A stretch of DNA of 40,051 bases. Origin: a bacterium. Lineage in GTDB: Bacteria; Hinthialibacterota; Hinthialibacteria; Hinthialibacterales; Hinthialibacteraceae. Where the stretch lies: the NCBI GenBank assembly GCA_041946805.1, contig JBHGBC010000044.1, positions 1 to 40,051 on the forward strand, given 5' to 3'. Shown piece after piece: positions 11,132-19,615 of the stretch. Under the pieces are notes generated by a model. The model ran no database searches. It was not told where the DNA came from and saw only the letters and a program-made list of their open reading frames with translations. Every line of letters starts with the position of its first letter. The first letter of the stretch is position 1. Position numbers and translations under genes: made by a program.

Positions 11132-11344
11132 TCAGGGGATGACGATATATTCGGCGCAGGAAGCTGATTTGGGGATCGGCAAATGATCCTCCCGCAACCC
11201 ATGGAGATGCAATTGAATGGCTTCATACATGTTGCGCATGACCTGATCACGGGTTTTAGCGGTTGCGATACAGCCCGGCAAATCCGGTGAATAGGCTGAA
11301 TAATTCCTCTTCGCTTTTTCAATGATAATGAGAAAACGGTTCAT
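11132..11344 (-). CDS. hicB: HicB family antitoxin (short form, no adjacent hicA)
   Basis: FLIIIEK..NYSAYSPDLPGCIATAKT..NMYEAIQLHL.GLRED..PIP. Confidence 0.9.
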   Translation of the reverse strand: MNRFLIIIEKAKRNYSAYSPDLPGCIATAKTRDQVMRNMYEAIQLHLHGLREDHLPIPKSASCAEYIVIP

Positions 11345-11383
11345 GGCAGGTTGCTTCTCCATAAATCAGGATGGCTTTTTTAT

Positions 11384-11638
11384 GGTTCATCCGTCAAGTG
11401 CGTACCTACGACATTCTTGGCCCCGGGTTGAAGCCCTGGGCTGCTGTAAGCCGTCCCCTGAAGGGGACTCAACGGGATTCGAGGGGTTGAAAAAAACATC
11501 CGGCAAGGCATGGCGTGCGAAAAGCCTTGCCCTCACCCTGACCCTCTCCCAGAGGGAGAGGGAATGGTTTAGCGCTCCCATCTTCTATACACAGGCCCCG
11601 AATCATGCTCTGAAAAAGTTCTGCATTCCGGTAAATAG
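11384..11638 (-). mobile_element. MITE copy F (reverse orientation, lengthened by an internal REP-type insertion at 11421-11469; far end degenerate, coordinate approximate)
   Basis: TIR GGTTCATCCGTCAAGTGCGTAC at 11384-11405; BoxC-like core at 11530-11562; degenerate opposite end GAAAAAGTTCTGCATTCCGG. Confidence 0.7.
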
Positions 11639-11786
11639 TTACCTCAAAATTTTCACCAATTAATTCCAATTGGAAATAGCTTTACCATTCAATCTTAGAA
11701 TTTTATCGAAATCGATATGCTTATCGTAACCTTGTAGGGCGGGGTATCTCGACAGCGCGGGACCCATAAACACCCCTCAGCCATAC

Positions 11787-11833
11787 GTCCCGGCAAAGGA
11801 CCGTGCAACAACAGCCCGGATTTTAACCTGGGG
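11787..11833 (-). repeat. Degenerate inverted copy of the 11421-11469 REP-like unit
   Basis: GTCCC..GGAC..ACAGCCC..AACCTGGGG aligns to the reverse complement of 11421-11469. Confidence 0.55.
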
Positions 11834-11935
11834 TGTATGTTCCCCATGGGTGCCTGATCCGGATGCGTCATTTCCCATTTTATGTTATGATTATCGCCTC
11901 ACTTTAATGACGGATCGGCAAAAAGTCACTTGATG

Positions 11936-11992
11936 GTGGTGCAGACATCTTGTGTGCACAAAATATAGTTGCAGGCGGGACGCCTGCGCTAC
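11936..11992. repeat. GTAG-type REP doublet
   Basis: GCAGGCGGGACGCCTGCGCTAC (reverse complement GTAGCGCAGGCGTCCCGCCTGC) with a degenerate inverted partner GTGGTGCAGACATCTTGTGTGC. Confidence 0.6.
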
Positions 11993-12069
11993 AACATATA
12001 GAACATATCAGGAACATTTGCACTTTTGGCTGCTCTGTCTTTAATGAACCAAAAAAGGAGCCTGTATTC

Positions 12070-12882
12070 ATGATGCTGAAACGATGGTTTTTTGCGCTGT
12101 TCTGTGTGCTGTTTTTCGTTTCCCCGGGAATGGCGGATGATCCGGTCTTGCTGCGGGTTCTATCCTATAACACCCATCACGGCGAGGGCATGGATGGGAA
12201 ACTCGACCTGCCGCGCATCGCCTCCGTGATTCGCTCGGTCACGCCCGATTGGGTGGCCCTCCAGGAAATCGACGTGAACACCATCCGCTGCGGCAAAGTG
12301 AATCAAAGCGCCCAGTACGCGGAACTCACGGGGCTGAAGCATTTCTTCGCTCCGGCGATTGACTTCGAGGGGGGATTTTACGGCATCCTGTCGTTGTCCC
12401 GCCTGAAGGTTCTGAAAGAGCAATATCACGCCATGCCCTTCTCGCCCGGGCATGAACGGCGCATGGTCATCGAGCAACACGCGGAAATCCCCCAAGGAAA
12501 CGAAAAATCCGCGACGATCCGCTTTTTCGCCACGCATTTGGACCATACCGCGGATCACACCGACCGGGTGGCGGCCGCCAAGGTCATCAATGAGATCGCC
12601 CTGCAGGATCCGAATATCCCCAGTTTGCTGGCGGGCGATTTGAACGCGCGGCCCGGCAGTCCGGCCATGGTGGAATTCGATAAAGCCTGGAAAGCGGCGG
12701 GAGAGGAAATGGAGTATTTTTCGTTCCCCGCGGACAAGCCCAACATCAAGATCGATTATGTTCTCTATCGTCCTGCGGACCGCTGGCGTGTGGTGCGCGT
12801 GGAAGTGTTGGATGAGAAAGTGGCTTCCGATCACCGGCCCGTCTTGGCAATCATGGAACTGCTGCCCGGGCCGGAAAAATAG
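12070..12882 (+). CDS. Secreted endonuclease/exonuclease/phosphatase (EEP) family hydrolase
   Basis: AAGGAG RBS; signal peptide; LSYNTHHG, LQEID, ATHLD, AGDLNA, IDYVL, SDHRPV. Confidence 0.92.
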   Translation: MMLKRWFFALFCVLFFVSPGMADDPVLLRVLSYNTHHGEGMDGKLDLPRIASVIRSVTPDWVALQEIDVNTIRCGKVNQSAQYAELTGLKHFFAPAIDFEGGFYGILSLSRLKVLKEQYHAMPFSPGHERRMVIEQHAEIPQGNEKSATIRFFATHLDHTADHTDRVAAAKVINEIALQDPNIPSLLAGDLNARPGSPAMVEFDKAWKAAGEEMEYFSFPADKPNIKIDYVLYRPADRWRVVRVEVLDEKVASDHRPVLAIMELLPGPEK

Positions 12883-12914
12883 ATACAAGCCTTAAATGGA
12901 CATATCAAAAGTGA

Positions 12915-13118
12915 GGCGCATCCGGCACGAGCGTACTTTTTTTCCCTAAAATGCGCCGGACTTCCCTCCCGTTGGTTGGAACGGTCAACCCCCAATCCCG
13001 CTTTCAGGCGGAGGATGAGAGAGAGGGATTGCGCAGAAGCGGACCTTGGAGTCCGTCCGGTTCATTGGCGTGGCTGAAAAACGCTTTCTACAGCGAGAAG
13101 CCTTTGCCGGTGGAATCC
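12915..13118 (+). mobile_element. MITE copy E (degenerate)
   Basis: Left TIR GGCGCATCCGGCACGAGCGTAC + T-tract; eroded core at about 12997-13027; GCGGACCTTGGAGTCCG motif; eroded right TIR ..TTGCCGGTGGAATCC. Confidence 0.65.
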
Positions 13119-13315
13119 ATGCTTTTCCTAACGATATTGGTTTGGGAGGGGAAATGGGTATGGGAACCGGGATTCAATACGCAATGCCGGACTCCGTGTG
13201 TATTTACCTCTCGGCCGTTGGGTGAGAGAATCCGCTTGTGGGAAAATTCCGTTGCTGAAACCCTCGATCAACATTGACTGGTCCCGCTGTGGATCATCCT
13301 GGAGGAAACTCGCCT

Positions 13316-14143
13316 ATGAACCCCTCCCTTCCCCCCGCTCAACGCATTCCCCTGGTCATGTCGCCCGGCATGAAGGTGCTCTACACGTTCACGTGCATCA
13401 TGGGTATTTTGTTTGCTCTCGGCAGTCTGAGTCTTTTCGCGGCCGAGGATCCGGGTCTCGATGAGATCGTCGTCGCCATCGTAGGCATCCTCTTTTTCGG
13501 AGGAGGATCATTGTTCATCCTGTCGCTGATGAAAAAAAAGGCTGGATATCTGGAACTCCGGGATGATGGGCTTTTGATCGATTGTTACATCACGATCGGA
13601 TTCATCCCCTGGTCCAATTTGGTAAAAGCCGGTTCCCTCAAGGCTCTCGGCGCGGGCTATCTTGGTTTCAAGCTCAAAAACGTGGAGCATTACCTCCAAT
13701 CCAAGAACACGTTGCCCGGCGTGACCCGTTCGCGCGATCGGTCCCAAGCGCAGAGCCTGCTGCGGGTCATGATGATGGTCGACAACTTCGTGCCCCAGAA
13801 GTTACTTGACCTGCTCTTCATTCTTCTGGGACTGTCGGGGATGCCCAAATCCAGTGAAGAAAAAGACTTGATGGAGTGGTACGATAAAAACTACGGACAT
13901 CACCTTCTTATCCAGGCGTTCTGGTTCCAAAACCTGGAGGAGACCCTGCGGATCATTCACCAATTTCTGGAAAAGCAAAAAGCCATGCCGCCGGAATCCG
14001 CCCCAATCCCGGAGCCTTCCGGACCGCCCCCGGCGCCTGGAGCCGAAGTTTCCGAAGGCTATAAAAAATGTCCGATGTGCGCGGAATTCGTGCGGGAGGA
14101 TGCGAAAATCTGCCGCTTCTGCCGCCACACGTTTGCCGAGTGA
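13316..14143 (+). CDS. Membrane protein (2 N-terminal TM helices, bacterial PH-like domain) with C-terminal zinc ribbon (UPF0547-like)
   Basis: GGAGG RBS; two hydrophobic segments; LELRDDGL..IPWSNL; Pro-rich linker; CPMC..CRFC. Confidence 0.8.
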   Translation: MNPSLPPAQRIPLVMSPGMKVLYTFTCIMGILFALGSLSLFAAEDPGLDEIVVAIVGILFFGGGSLFILSLMKKKAGYLELRDDGLLIDCYITIGFIPWSNLVKAGSLKALGAGYLGFKLKNVEHYLQSKNTLPGVTRSRDRSQAQSLLRVMMMVDNFVPQKLLDLLFILLGLSGMPKSSEEKDLMEWYDKNYGHHLLIQAFWFQNLEETLRIIHQFLEKQKAMPPESAPIPEPSGPPPAPGAEVSEGYKKCPMCAEFVREDAKICRFCRHTFAE

Positions 14144-14383
14144 GCACGGCAAGGGGGCCGTGGCGGTTCACATTGTCTCCCGGCCCCACACTTCGGCCTG
14201 GATCACGCGGCCGCCGGCCGGTACGGGAATGGAATCCAATCATATCCGCGCAGACCGGAAATTCTTCAATGGAGCTGGATGGAATGCCGGACAAGATCTT
14301 TCTGTCCATGTAACGGCCGGGATGGAATCGACTCATCTTTTCATCAAGGAAACTATTTACCCGGTTTCCTGTGCAGCTTTTAA

Positions 14384-14503
14384 GCGCCTACGGCGCGGTA
14401 TGAGTACAGCCCAGGAGGTTAGCACGGGGAGGGATAAAACCACAGTAATGATTTCCCTCTCCCTCTGGGAGAGAGTAAGGGTGAGGGACGCCCTGAAAGG
14501 GCG
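14384..14503 (-). repeat. Composite repeat family 2 (BoxC-like core 14455-14487)
   Basis: Reverse complement CGCCCTTTCAGGGCGTCCCTCACCCTTACTCTCTCCCAGAGGGAGAGGG..TTTTATC..CCTGGGC..CGCGCCG matches 5811-5932. Confidence 0.8.
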
Positions 14504-14595
14504 GAATTCATCCTTTCTCTGCCGTTGCGTAAATTGTTGCCCATCCAGTTCTAATTCCCCGAATCATCCCTGCCTGGAATGAGGAAGGAAATCCA

Positions 14596-14979
14596 ATGCG
14601 AACCAGACAACCTGCCCCCAAGGACATTGATGAATATATCGCCTGCCACCCGCCCGAGGTGCAAGCGATATTGGAAAAGATCCGGGCCGTAATCCGGGAT
14701 GCGGCCCCGGACGCGGAGGAGGCCATCAAGTATCAAATCCCGACCTTTACATGGCATGGCAATCTAGTCCATTTCGCCGCGTTTCAAAAACACATTGGTT
14801 TTTATCCCGAGCCCACCGCGATTGAGCATTTCCAGAAGGAATTGGCTGGATACAAGCGCGCCAAAGGTTCGGTGCAGTTTCCCTTGGATCAACCGATTCC
14901 TTACGGCTTGATCCGCCGCATCGTGAAATTTCGGGTCCAGGAAAACCTGGAACGATGGATGTCTAAAAATAAGAAATGA
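14596..14979 (+). CDS. DUF1801 / YdhG family protein
   Basis: IDEYIA..LEKIRAVIRDAAPDAEEAIKYQIPTF..LVHFAAFQKHIGFYP..KGSVQFPLDQPIPY. Confidence 0.92.
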   Translation: MRTRQPAPKDIDEYIACHPPEVQAILEKIRAVIRDAAPDAEEAIKYQIPTFTWHGNLVHFAAFQKHIGFYPEPTAIEHFQKELAGYKRAKGSVQFPLDQPIPYGLIRRIVKFRVQENLERWMSKNKK

Positions 14980-15133
14980 AAGTTTATAAAAATTCAGAAA
15001 ATATCAGAATATTATCCCTTCTCATCCCTGGGTTTGGGAATAATTTACACAAGCCTGGCGAAACAGTATACAATGAAATCCTTGGGGACTTTCCTACATT
15101 CCCGAACCTACCGATTCGAAGGGAGTACATGCC

Positions 15134-15985
15134 ATGAGGACCGGATCGCTTTGGTTGCTTTCCATGATCTTGGGCTTGATTTCCGGGACTGCCGTTTTCG
15201 CGGAAACACTTTTGTTTCAGGATGCCGTCTCCCCCACGCAGGATTACGCCGGCACGGCGGACGTCCACATCATTTCGTTCGACGGCTCCGGCAATCAAAC
15301 ATCGCGTCCCCCCACGCAAATCCCGCAAAACACCGGCATGCACACATTCATTGAAGAGGGCGATTACGGAGACGCGCCGTCCGCCGCCAATCCCGATCTG
15401 AGCCTGGACAGCAAGGTGATCCTGATCCGCTTCGATATTTCCACGATACCCGCGGCGCGGGCCAAGGAAGTCATGAAAGCCGAGGTGGGACTCTATTTCG
15501 TGTTCGAGCGGGTCAAGGGAGGCGGGGATCCCGCGGCCGGCTTGCGGAATCCTCACCCGCTCAACACGCAGAAGATTCTCAAGAATTGGGCGGAAGGCTT
15601 TGGAACCGGCGTCGACGGCATCGACGCGGAAGACAACACCGAGCAAGTCACATGGAATTCCACCGGTTATGAATTGTGGGAAGCGATCGGCGCGGAAGGC
15701 CCCACGGACGTGGGCCCGGTGGAGAGTTCCACCCTGTTCGATCCCGTCCCCGGGACCTGGATTTGGTTCGATGTCACCCAAATGTGCCGGGAATGGATCG
15801 CCAATCCGGCCAGCAATTTTGGAGTGAAAATATCACAAGAAACCGATAACGATGCCACCAACACTCCCACGATGTACGTGGTGGGCTGCTACGATTTCGC
15901 GTCCCGTGAAAATGACGAATACACGGAGCATCCCCAATTGAAGCTCGAAATGGGAACCGCGGTGATGGAGTGGGATTTGCTGTAA
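15134..15985 (+). CDS. Secreted DNRLRE-like (CBM96/disaggregatase-related) domain protein
   Basis: Signal peptide ending AVFA; FQDAVSPTQDYAGTAD, LIRFDISTIP, W.WFDVT...REWIANPASNFG, FASRE, PQLKL. Confidence 0.75.
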   Translation: MRTGSLWLLSMILGLISGTAVFAETLLFQDAVSPTQDYAGTADVHIISFDGSGNQTSRPPTQIPQNTGMHTFIEEGDYGDAPSAANPDLSLDSKVILIRFDISTIPAARAKEVMKAEVGLYFVFERVKGGGDPAAGLRNPHPLNTQKILKNWAEGFGTGVDGIDAEDNTEQVTWNSTGYELWEAIGAEGPTDVGPVESSTLFDPVPGTWIWFDVTQMCREWIANPASNFGVKISQETDNDATNTPTMYVVGCYDFASRENDEYTEHPQLKLEMGTAVMEWDLL

Positions 15986-16087
15986 CGCGCCGAGGACGGA
16001 TTGTTCCCTGTGAAACGGAAGACAAAATCCATGCGTTCAGGATGATAGTACGGAGGGAAATGAAATATTTTTGTCAAAGGTGGAAGG

Positions 16088-16165
16088 ATGGATCCAGTCA
16101 ACGAACAGACCATTGACCCGATGGTCGAAGCCATCGTCCAAGTGATTCATCCCGATAAGATTATT
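16088..16165 (+). pseudogene. 5' remnant of a minimal nucleotidyltransferase (MNT antitoxin-like) gene
   Basis: MDPVNEQTIDPMVEAIVQVIHPDKII resembles MNT N-termini (..MV..IV....P.KIILFGS); similarity stops exactly at the MITE junction. Confidence 0.65.
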
Positions 16166-16375
16166 GGCTCATCCGGCAAGTGTGTACTTTTTTTCAGATC
16201 GCCGGTTCGCATCTCTTCGAAGTGATCGATGAAAACCACCCCATAATTCCCTCTCCCTCTGGGAGAGGGCTAGGGTGAGGGAATTTTTGAAGGGGCAGAC
16301 CTTGGTGTCCGCTCTCATCCAGGGGCGAATGAAATCAGTTTCACTTCATCAGGTACGCACTTCTCGGATGAAACC
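16166..16375 (+). mobile_element. MITE copy A (210 bp)
   Basis: TIRs GGCTCATCCGGCAAGTGTGTAC / GTACGCACTTCTCGGATGAAACC; BoxC-like core 16249-16281; flanks AGATTATT / TGAATAAT (5 of 8 match). Confidence 0.85.
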
Positions 16376-16424
16376 TGAATAATATTGGCCTTCTCGATCT
16401 GCAGCAGTTAACCTCGATTCGGAG

Positions 16425-17921
16425 TCATGTTTCATCCTTCCTGGCCTTCTTCAGCAGGCCGAGGAGGGTTTGCACGATCTTCGGTTCCGCTTCGGTTTCC
16501 AGGTAACTGGTGCGGGCGCGCCAGGTGGTATACCCGCCGAGGGGGAACTGATCGGGCGGCGGGAGATACCCGTGCGCGCCGTTGGCGATGCTGATGTTCA
16601 TGGTGAGCGGGAACGGACTGTCCTTCTTCAACTTCAATCCGGTGGCGCCGAAGGTTTCGCAGGGAATCGCCGCAATGCCCAGATCACCGATGCCGATCGA
16701 CTGCAGGATGATCTCCACCCGGTCCGGCATTTGATCCACCAGCACGGTTTCGCGCGCGTAATTCTCTTCCCAATTCCGGACCGGCCGGTCCTTCACGTTT
16801 TTCTCCAGATACTCCTTCGCCAGCTTCACCTCCTGCTCCGGGGCTTTGCGGACGCCCAGCACCAGCCGTGTTTCCTCCATGGACAACGGAACCCAGGCGT
16901 GGTGTTCGATCTTTCGATAGGCACGCAGGGCGGCTTGCGCCACCGCTTCGGCCACCGTGAAGCGGTCGAAATCCCGGGGCGGCTTGCTGAAGTCGATGCA
17001 ATTGGCGTCGCCGCTGGTCCCGTTACTCATGATCCCCATAAACGGGACCGCGGCGTTGTCCGCCCCGATCAACTCGCCGATCCGCCGCGCGAAAACCCCG
17101 AAATAATCGGCTGAAATATTGGGCGCGCCGGCGTAGTGCGTGGAGTAATTGGCGAGCAGGGCCAGGGGCTTGCCTTCGGGGGTCCGCACCGACAGGACCG
17201 TCACCGCCGGATCGACCGGTCCGGTCTGCCGCGCCAGGTTGGGATTCTCGTGGCCGGGATTCATCTGCGCCTGGTTTTCCTCGCGGCCCGTGAAGGGCAC
17301 GGTGAAGGCGGTTCCCGGTTTCATGATCCAACGGCGGCAATGGACGAATTCCATGCACGCATCCGCTCCCCAGCCCACTTGCGCCGGCCGGCGGCCGGCG
17401 TAGGCCTGTTGAATCGCCTCGGCAATTTTCCCGGTCACGAACTCCCGGTATTCCGGATGCGGATCGGTCCCGTGCACACCCATGACCGCCGGGGCCGAAT
17501 GGGTGTGCGTGGCGGCGATAAGCATGCGTTCGGGGGGAATGCCCGTGGCGCGTTGGGCGCGGATCTTGGCGTTGTCGAGCAGGTCCCGCGGGATCAGGCA
17601 ACTGTCCACCAGACAGAGGGCAATGACCGTGCGGCCGTCATCCAAGACCAGGGCGCGGGCATGCAGCGGATCCTCCACGCGGTCCGCCCAGATCTCCACG
17701 ATGCCGCCAGCGATCCGCAAGGGCAGGGTCGTGGGGGTGATATCCACCGCGGCGGCTCCCGCCCGGAAAATCCGGCCGGCGGCATCTTCGGTTTCCGTGG
17801 CGGACGATACGGAAAGTGTTAAGACTGACAGGACTGCCATCAGGCCGGCCCCCCATCCGGCATGGCGAATTCCCCAAAAAACCGATGTAATAAATGCATC
17901 CCTGTCCTGATTTTGAATCAT
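16425..17921 (-). CDS. Exported neutral/alkaline ceramidase-like metallohydrolase
   Basis: GGGAGG..GGA RBS; RAGAAAVDITP, DPLHARALVLDDG, AATHTHSAP, GPVDP, NYSTHY, SADYFG, NGTSGD, GYLPP..GGY. Confidence 0.82.
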   Translation of the reverse strand: MIQNQDRDAFITSVFWGIRHAGWGAGLMAVLSVLTLSVSSATETEDAAGRIFRAGAAAVDITPTTLPLRIAGGIVEIWADRVEDPLHARALVLDDGRTVIALCLVDSCLIPRDLLDNAKIRAQRATGIPPERMLIAATHTHSAPAVMGVHGTDPHPEYREFVTGKIAEAIQQAYAGRRPAQVGWGADACMEFVHCRRWIMKPGTAFTVPFTGREENQAQMNPGHENPNLARQTGPVDPAVTVLSVRTPEGKPLALLANYSTHYAGAPNISADYFGVFARRIGELIGADNAAVPFMGIMSNGTSGDANCIDFSKPPRDFDRFTVAEAVAQAALRAYRKIEHHAWVPLSMEETRLVLGVRKAPEQEVKLAKEYLEKNVKDRPVRNWEENYARETVLVDQMPDRVEIILQSIGIGDLGIAAIPCETFGATGLKLKKDSPFPLTMNISIANGAHGYLPPPDQFPLGGYTTWRARTSYLETEAEPKIVQTLLGLLKKARKDET

Positions 17922-18143
17922 TCCTTGCCTCCCTGTAGCTGAGTTCTTTATGGTCTCTCACCGAGGCCATTTGATCAAGCGTGGGTCTATCCCGGTCTGC
18001 TGCGAATTATTCCCGGCTATGCCTCCGATTCCGCGTGGATAGCGATCGAATTCGGCGAAGGCATATAGACAAAAGCACCTATTTGATTCAATAATGAATC
18101 TTTAAAATGAGATGCTTAGATCCTATGGGAGAAAGGCTGGGAT

Positions 18144-18752
18144 ATGAACGGGATGAAGCGGGGATTCACGCTGATTGAATTGTTGATTGTCGTGGCGATC
18201 ATCGGCATTCTGGCGGCGATCGCGGTGCCCAATTTTCTGAACGCGCAGTTCCGGGCCAAACTGGCGCGCACCTACGCGGATCTCAAATCCGTGCAGACGG
18301 CCATCGCCACCTATACGGTCGATCATAACAATTTTGCGCCCGTGGATTGTGGAACCGAAACCACGGACGGGTCCAGCTACCGGGCCTTGACGACTCCTGT
18401 GGCGTATTTATCCAGCACCTCGGGTTGCCGCGATCCGTTTTATGCGAAAGGCGAGACCGAGGCCGCGATCTACTGCGACTACGGCGCTCCCCTGCGCGCC
18501 GGCGCCAGCGCCAGTACGATGGATGAACGTAAAAGGGAATACGGCGCCGCCGGCGTAACCTATGTCATGGTTTCACTGGGTCCCGACCGGGTGACGGATT
18601 GGCCTTGGACCGACTGGGCCGTAGGATTGCGGGCGTTGCGCTCGCCCAAAATCGCCGGCTCCAATAGCGATGGCGGAGTGTTTTACAGCGTCTCGAACGG
18701 CCTGAAATCGAAAGGCGACATCATCTCCAGCAGCGCGCAGATCTTTCAATAA
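18144..18752 (+). CDS. Prepilin-type N-terminal cleavage/methylation domain protein (pilin/pseudopilin-like)
   Basis: MKRG|FTLIELLIVVAIIGILAAIAVPNF class III signal; LTTPVAY, DPF, SLGPD, YSVSNGLKSKGDI. Confidence 0.92.
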   Translation: MNGMKRGFTLIELLIVVAIIGILAAIAVPNFLNAQFRAKLARTYADLKSVQTAIATYTVDHNNFAPVDCGTETTDGSSYRALTTPVAYLSSTSGCRDPFYAKGETEAAIYCDYGAPLRAGASASTMDERKREYGAAGVTYVMVSLGPDRVTDWPWTDWAVGLRALRSPKIAGSNSDGGVFYSVSNGLKSKGDIISSSAQIFQ

Positions 18753-18789
18753 GCGGCGAAGTCAGAACTTTCTGCCAATGAAGCATCCC

Positions 18790-18817
18790 GCAGGGGCACG
18801 CGGCCACGTGCCCCTGC
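18790..18817. repeat. GTAG-like REP hairpin / terminator between the convergent pilin-like genes
   Basis: GCAGGGGCACG-CGGCCA-CGTGCCCCTGC, perfect 11-bp stem; related unit at 20906-20927. Confidence 0.7.
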
Positions 18818-18853
18818 GGACTTATCGGGATGGGACAGGACTGGATTCGGAAA

Positions 18854-19381
18854 TCAAAAGGACAATCCGTGCCAGGACGTGTGGATTACGTCTCCGCTGC
18901 TGATGATGCCATTGGATGTCTGATACAGCAGTTTCTTGAATAAATCGGCGGTTTGAGGACCGTACGAACCGACGCCGATATCCTCGTCCGTGTCCGGTCC
19001 CAGGCCGTGCAACAGCCAATCGGTCTTGCACTGCGGCCCATAGGATGAGTAATCGTAATTGGGTGTGACACTTGTATATTTGGCGTTGGCCCGGCGGAAG
19101 GGATCGTGGGGAATCTGGGCAATGTACGATACCGGCGTCGTCAAACGGCGCAATTCCTGATACGGGTTGCCTCCCATTTGCTCGAAATAACACCGGTTGT
19201 CGATGCGGTACATCATCAAGGCATCGCCGAGCGCCTTCATGTCGGACTCCATCCGGGCAATGGTGGCCCGCATGCGCGCGTTCAAAAAGTTGGGCACGGC
19301 GATCGCCGCCAGAATGCCGATAATGGCCACAACAATCAACAACTCGATCAGAGTGAACGCAAAGCGGTTGGAATTAGGCAT
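18854..19381 (-). CDS. Prepilin-type N-terminal cleavage/methylation domain protein
   Basis: AGGAAGGA RBS; NRFA|FTLIELLIVVAIIGILAAIAVPNF; LTTPVSY, DPF, GLGPD, YQTSNGIISSGDV. Confidence 0.92.
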   Translation of the reverse strand: MPNSNRFAFTLIELLIVVAIIGILAAIAVPNFLNARMRATIARMESDMKALGDALMMYRIDNRCYFEQMGGNPYQELRRLTTPVSYIAQIPHDPFRRANAKYTSVTPNYDYSSYGPQCKTDWLLHGLGPDTDEDIGVGSYGPQTADLFKKLLYQTSNGIISSGDVIHTSWHGLSF

Positions 19382-19615
19382 GTACTTGGATTCCTTCCTC
19401 GTTGGCATTACCAGTGATTTTACTCGGAGCCGCTGGATTGCACTACGGCCCCATCCAAGCCGGTTGATATTTACGGATTGCCGTCATCCCATCGCCTGCG
19501 GCGCCCTGCAAGGTCCTTGCACGGAGCTGGATTCCGCCGTTAGACTGCTGCCAGGGTGGTTCGCGTTTGCCAATCCGATTTTGTTATCCCGCATGGACGC
19601 GGAAGGAATATCACC

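Noticed and set aside
11322..11663. ORFs containing LTLTLSQRER / PLPLGEG peptides (also 1236-1526, 8051-8392, 14100-14582)
   Set aside because: Translations of the BoxC-like repeat, not genes
14225..14336. Three ATGGAAT-centred motifs at roughly 43-51 bp spacing
   Set aside because: Too short and irregular to support an array
18085..18100. GATTCA-ATAA-TGAATC inverted repeat upstream of the first pilin-like gene
   Set aside because: Single 6-bp-arm palindrome in an AT-rich promoter region; expected by chance
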